Shown piece after piece: positions 63,117-64,000 of a DNA stretch of 64,000 nt. How positions within the stretch are numbered: position 1 is the stretch's first letter; each line of letters opens with the position of its first letter. Below the pieces are notes generated by a model. The model saw only the letters and a list, made by a program, of their open reading frames with translations, did no database searches and was not told the origin of the DNA. The stretch comes from Asterias rubens (taxonomy: Eukaryota): assembly GCF_902459465.1 (NCBI RefSeq), contig NC_047064.1:3534001-3598000 (forward strand), read 5' to 3'. Made by a program: the position numbers and the translations under genes.

Positions 63117-63800
63117 ACACAGTGAAATGTGTATTGCTCCTAACAGGTGCCATGCTCGTTAATTTCACTAGCAATCGAGCAGTTTCAGATTGAAACTACA
63201 TTACATTCTTTCTTGGAAAGAACTGTGGCAGTTAACTTCATTTGTATGAAGTATTTTTTTGTTTTGACGGAACCACTGTTTAATTTAGAGCTTCCTCCCT
63301 TTTCAATATCCGATAGTTAGCAAAGATAGTTCATCATGTGAACTTGCCTAATTTACAACTGGTACAGTTGTCTGTACATCCTATTCTTGGAACCTATTTA
63401 ACAATAGTATCTTCAACTTTTAAACATTAATGATTTCAAAATCTGTGGAATCTATAGTTTTTTATTAAGTTTCTTTTAGGGGGGGTGGCTATGTCATTAT
63501 ATCAACCACTGTGATAGGCAATATGACGGTTGGGATCATTGCCGTAACAAAAAAAATCATTCCTGGACTTGCAATTGGTGGTACTGATTTTGACCATCTT
63601 TAAAGGTTTGACATTCAGTACTATGAAGTGTTTCTATCGTAACTTTTAAAGTTAAATCGATTGATTTATATCAATCGATCTTGAGTGAAATTGAAATAAT
63701 TGAACGGGTACACGTTTCTCGACCGAACACAAATTAGTAAGAAACACGACACCCCACCCTTACAAACCCCATCCTAAAAAACTTCAAGATTTCAACTTAA

Positions 63801-64000
63801 AGACCTGCACACTATTGGTAATTGTCAAAGACTAGTCTTCACAGTTGATGTATCTCAACATATGCATAAAATACACACCTGTGAAAATTTGAGCTCAATT
63901 GATCGTCGAAGTTGCGAGATATTAATGAAAGAAAAAACACCCTTGTCACACCATGTTCACACGAAGTTGTGTGCTTTTAGATGCTTGATTTCGTGACCTT
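63801..64000. mobile_element. Kolobok-like family 1, cut by window end
   Basis: TTAA-AGACCTGCACACTATTGGTAATTGTCAAAGAC. Confidence 0.75.

Overview
AT-rich, repeat-dense eukaryotic genomic DNA, not prokaryotic. The repeat families look like those I recall from sea stars (Asteroidea); this is an inference I could not verify. Almost all ORFs in the supplied track are chance ORFs or translations of non-coding repeats. The one convincing coding signal is below the track's 60-aa cutoff: a minus-strand exon at 26895-27064. It encodes a classic neuropeptide prepropeptide N-terminus, MLPAEKCFAYWLLVTLLMVCLATNCDG-GGCPPAPINCNGEGMGEMRW-G-KR-SLSDHL, followed by an AG|GTAAGT donor. This predicts a disulfide-bridged, C-terminally amidated MRWamide peptide. 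A purine-rich candidate terminal exon lies about 23 kb downstream (4061 to 3957), and candidate 5' non-coding exons and promoters lie upstream (27.4-27.7 kb, 30.3-31.0 kb). The rest consists of about 30 TTAA-flanked Kolobok-like MITEs from several families, Harbinger-like, CMC-like and fold-back MITEs, tRNA-derived SINEs, Penelope-type relics with hammerhead-like cores, a MITE carrying a tRNA-like cloverleaf, and several tandem repeats including a CRE/bZIP-motif array. No rRNA, intact tRNA gene, CRISPR array or transposase/RT ORF was found.
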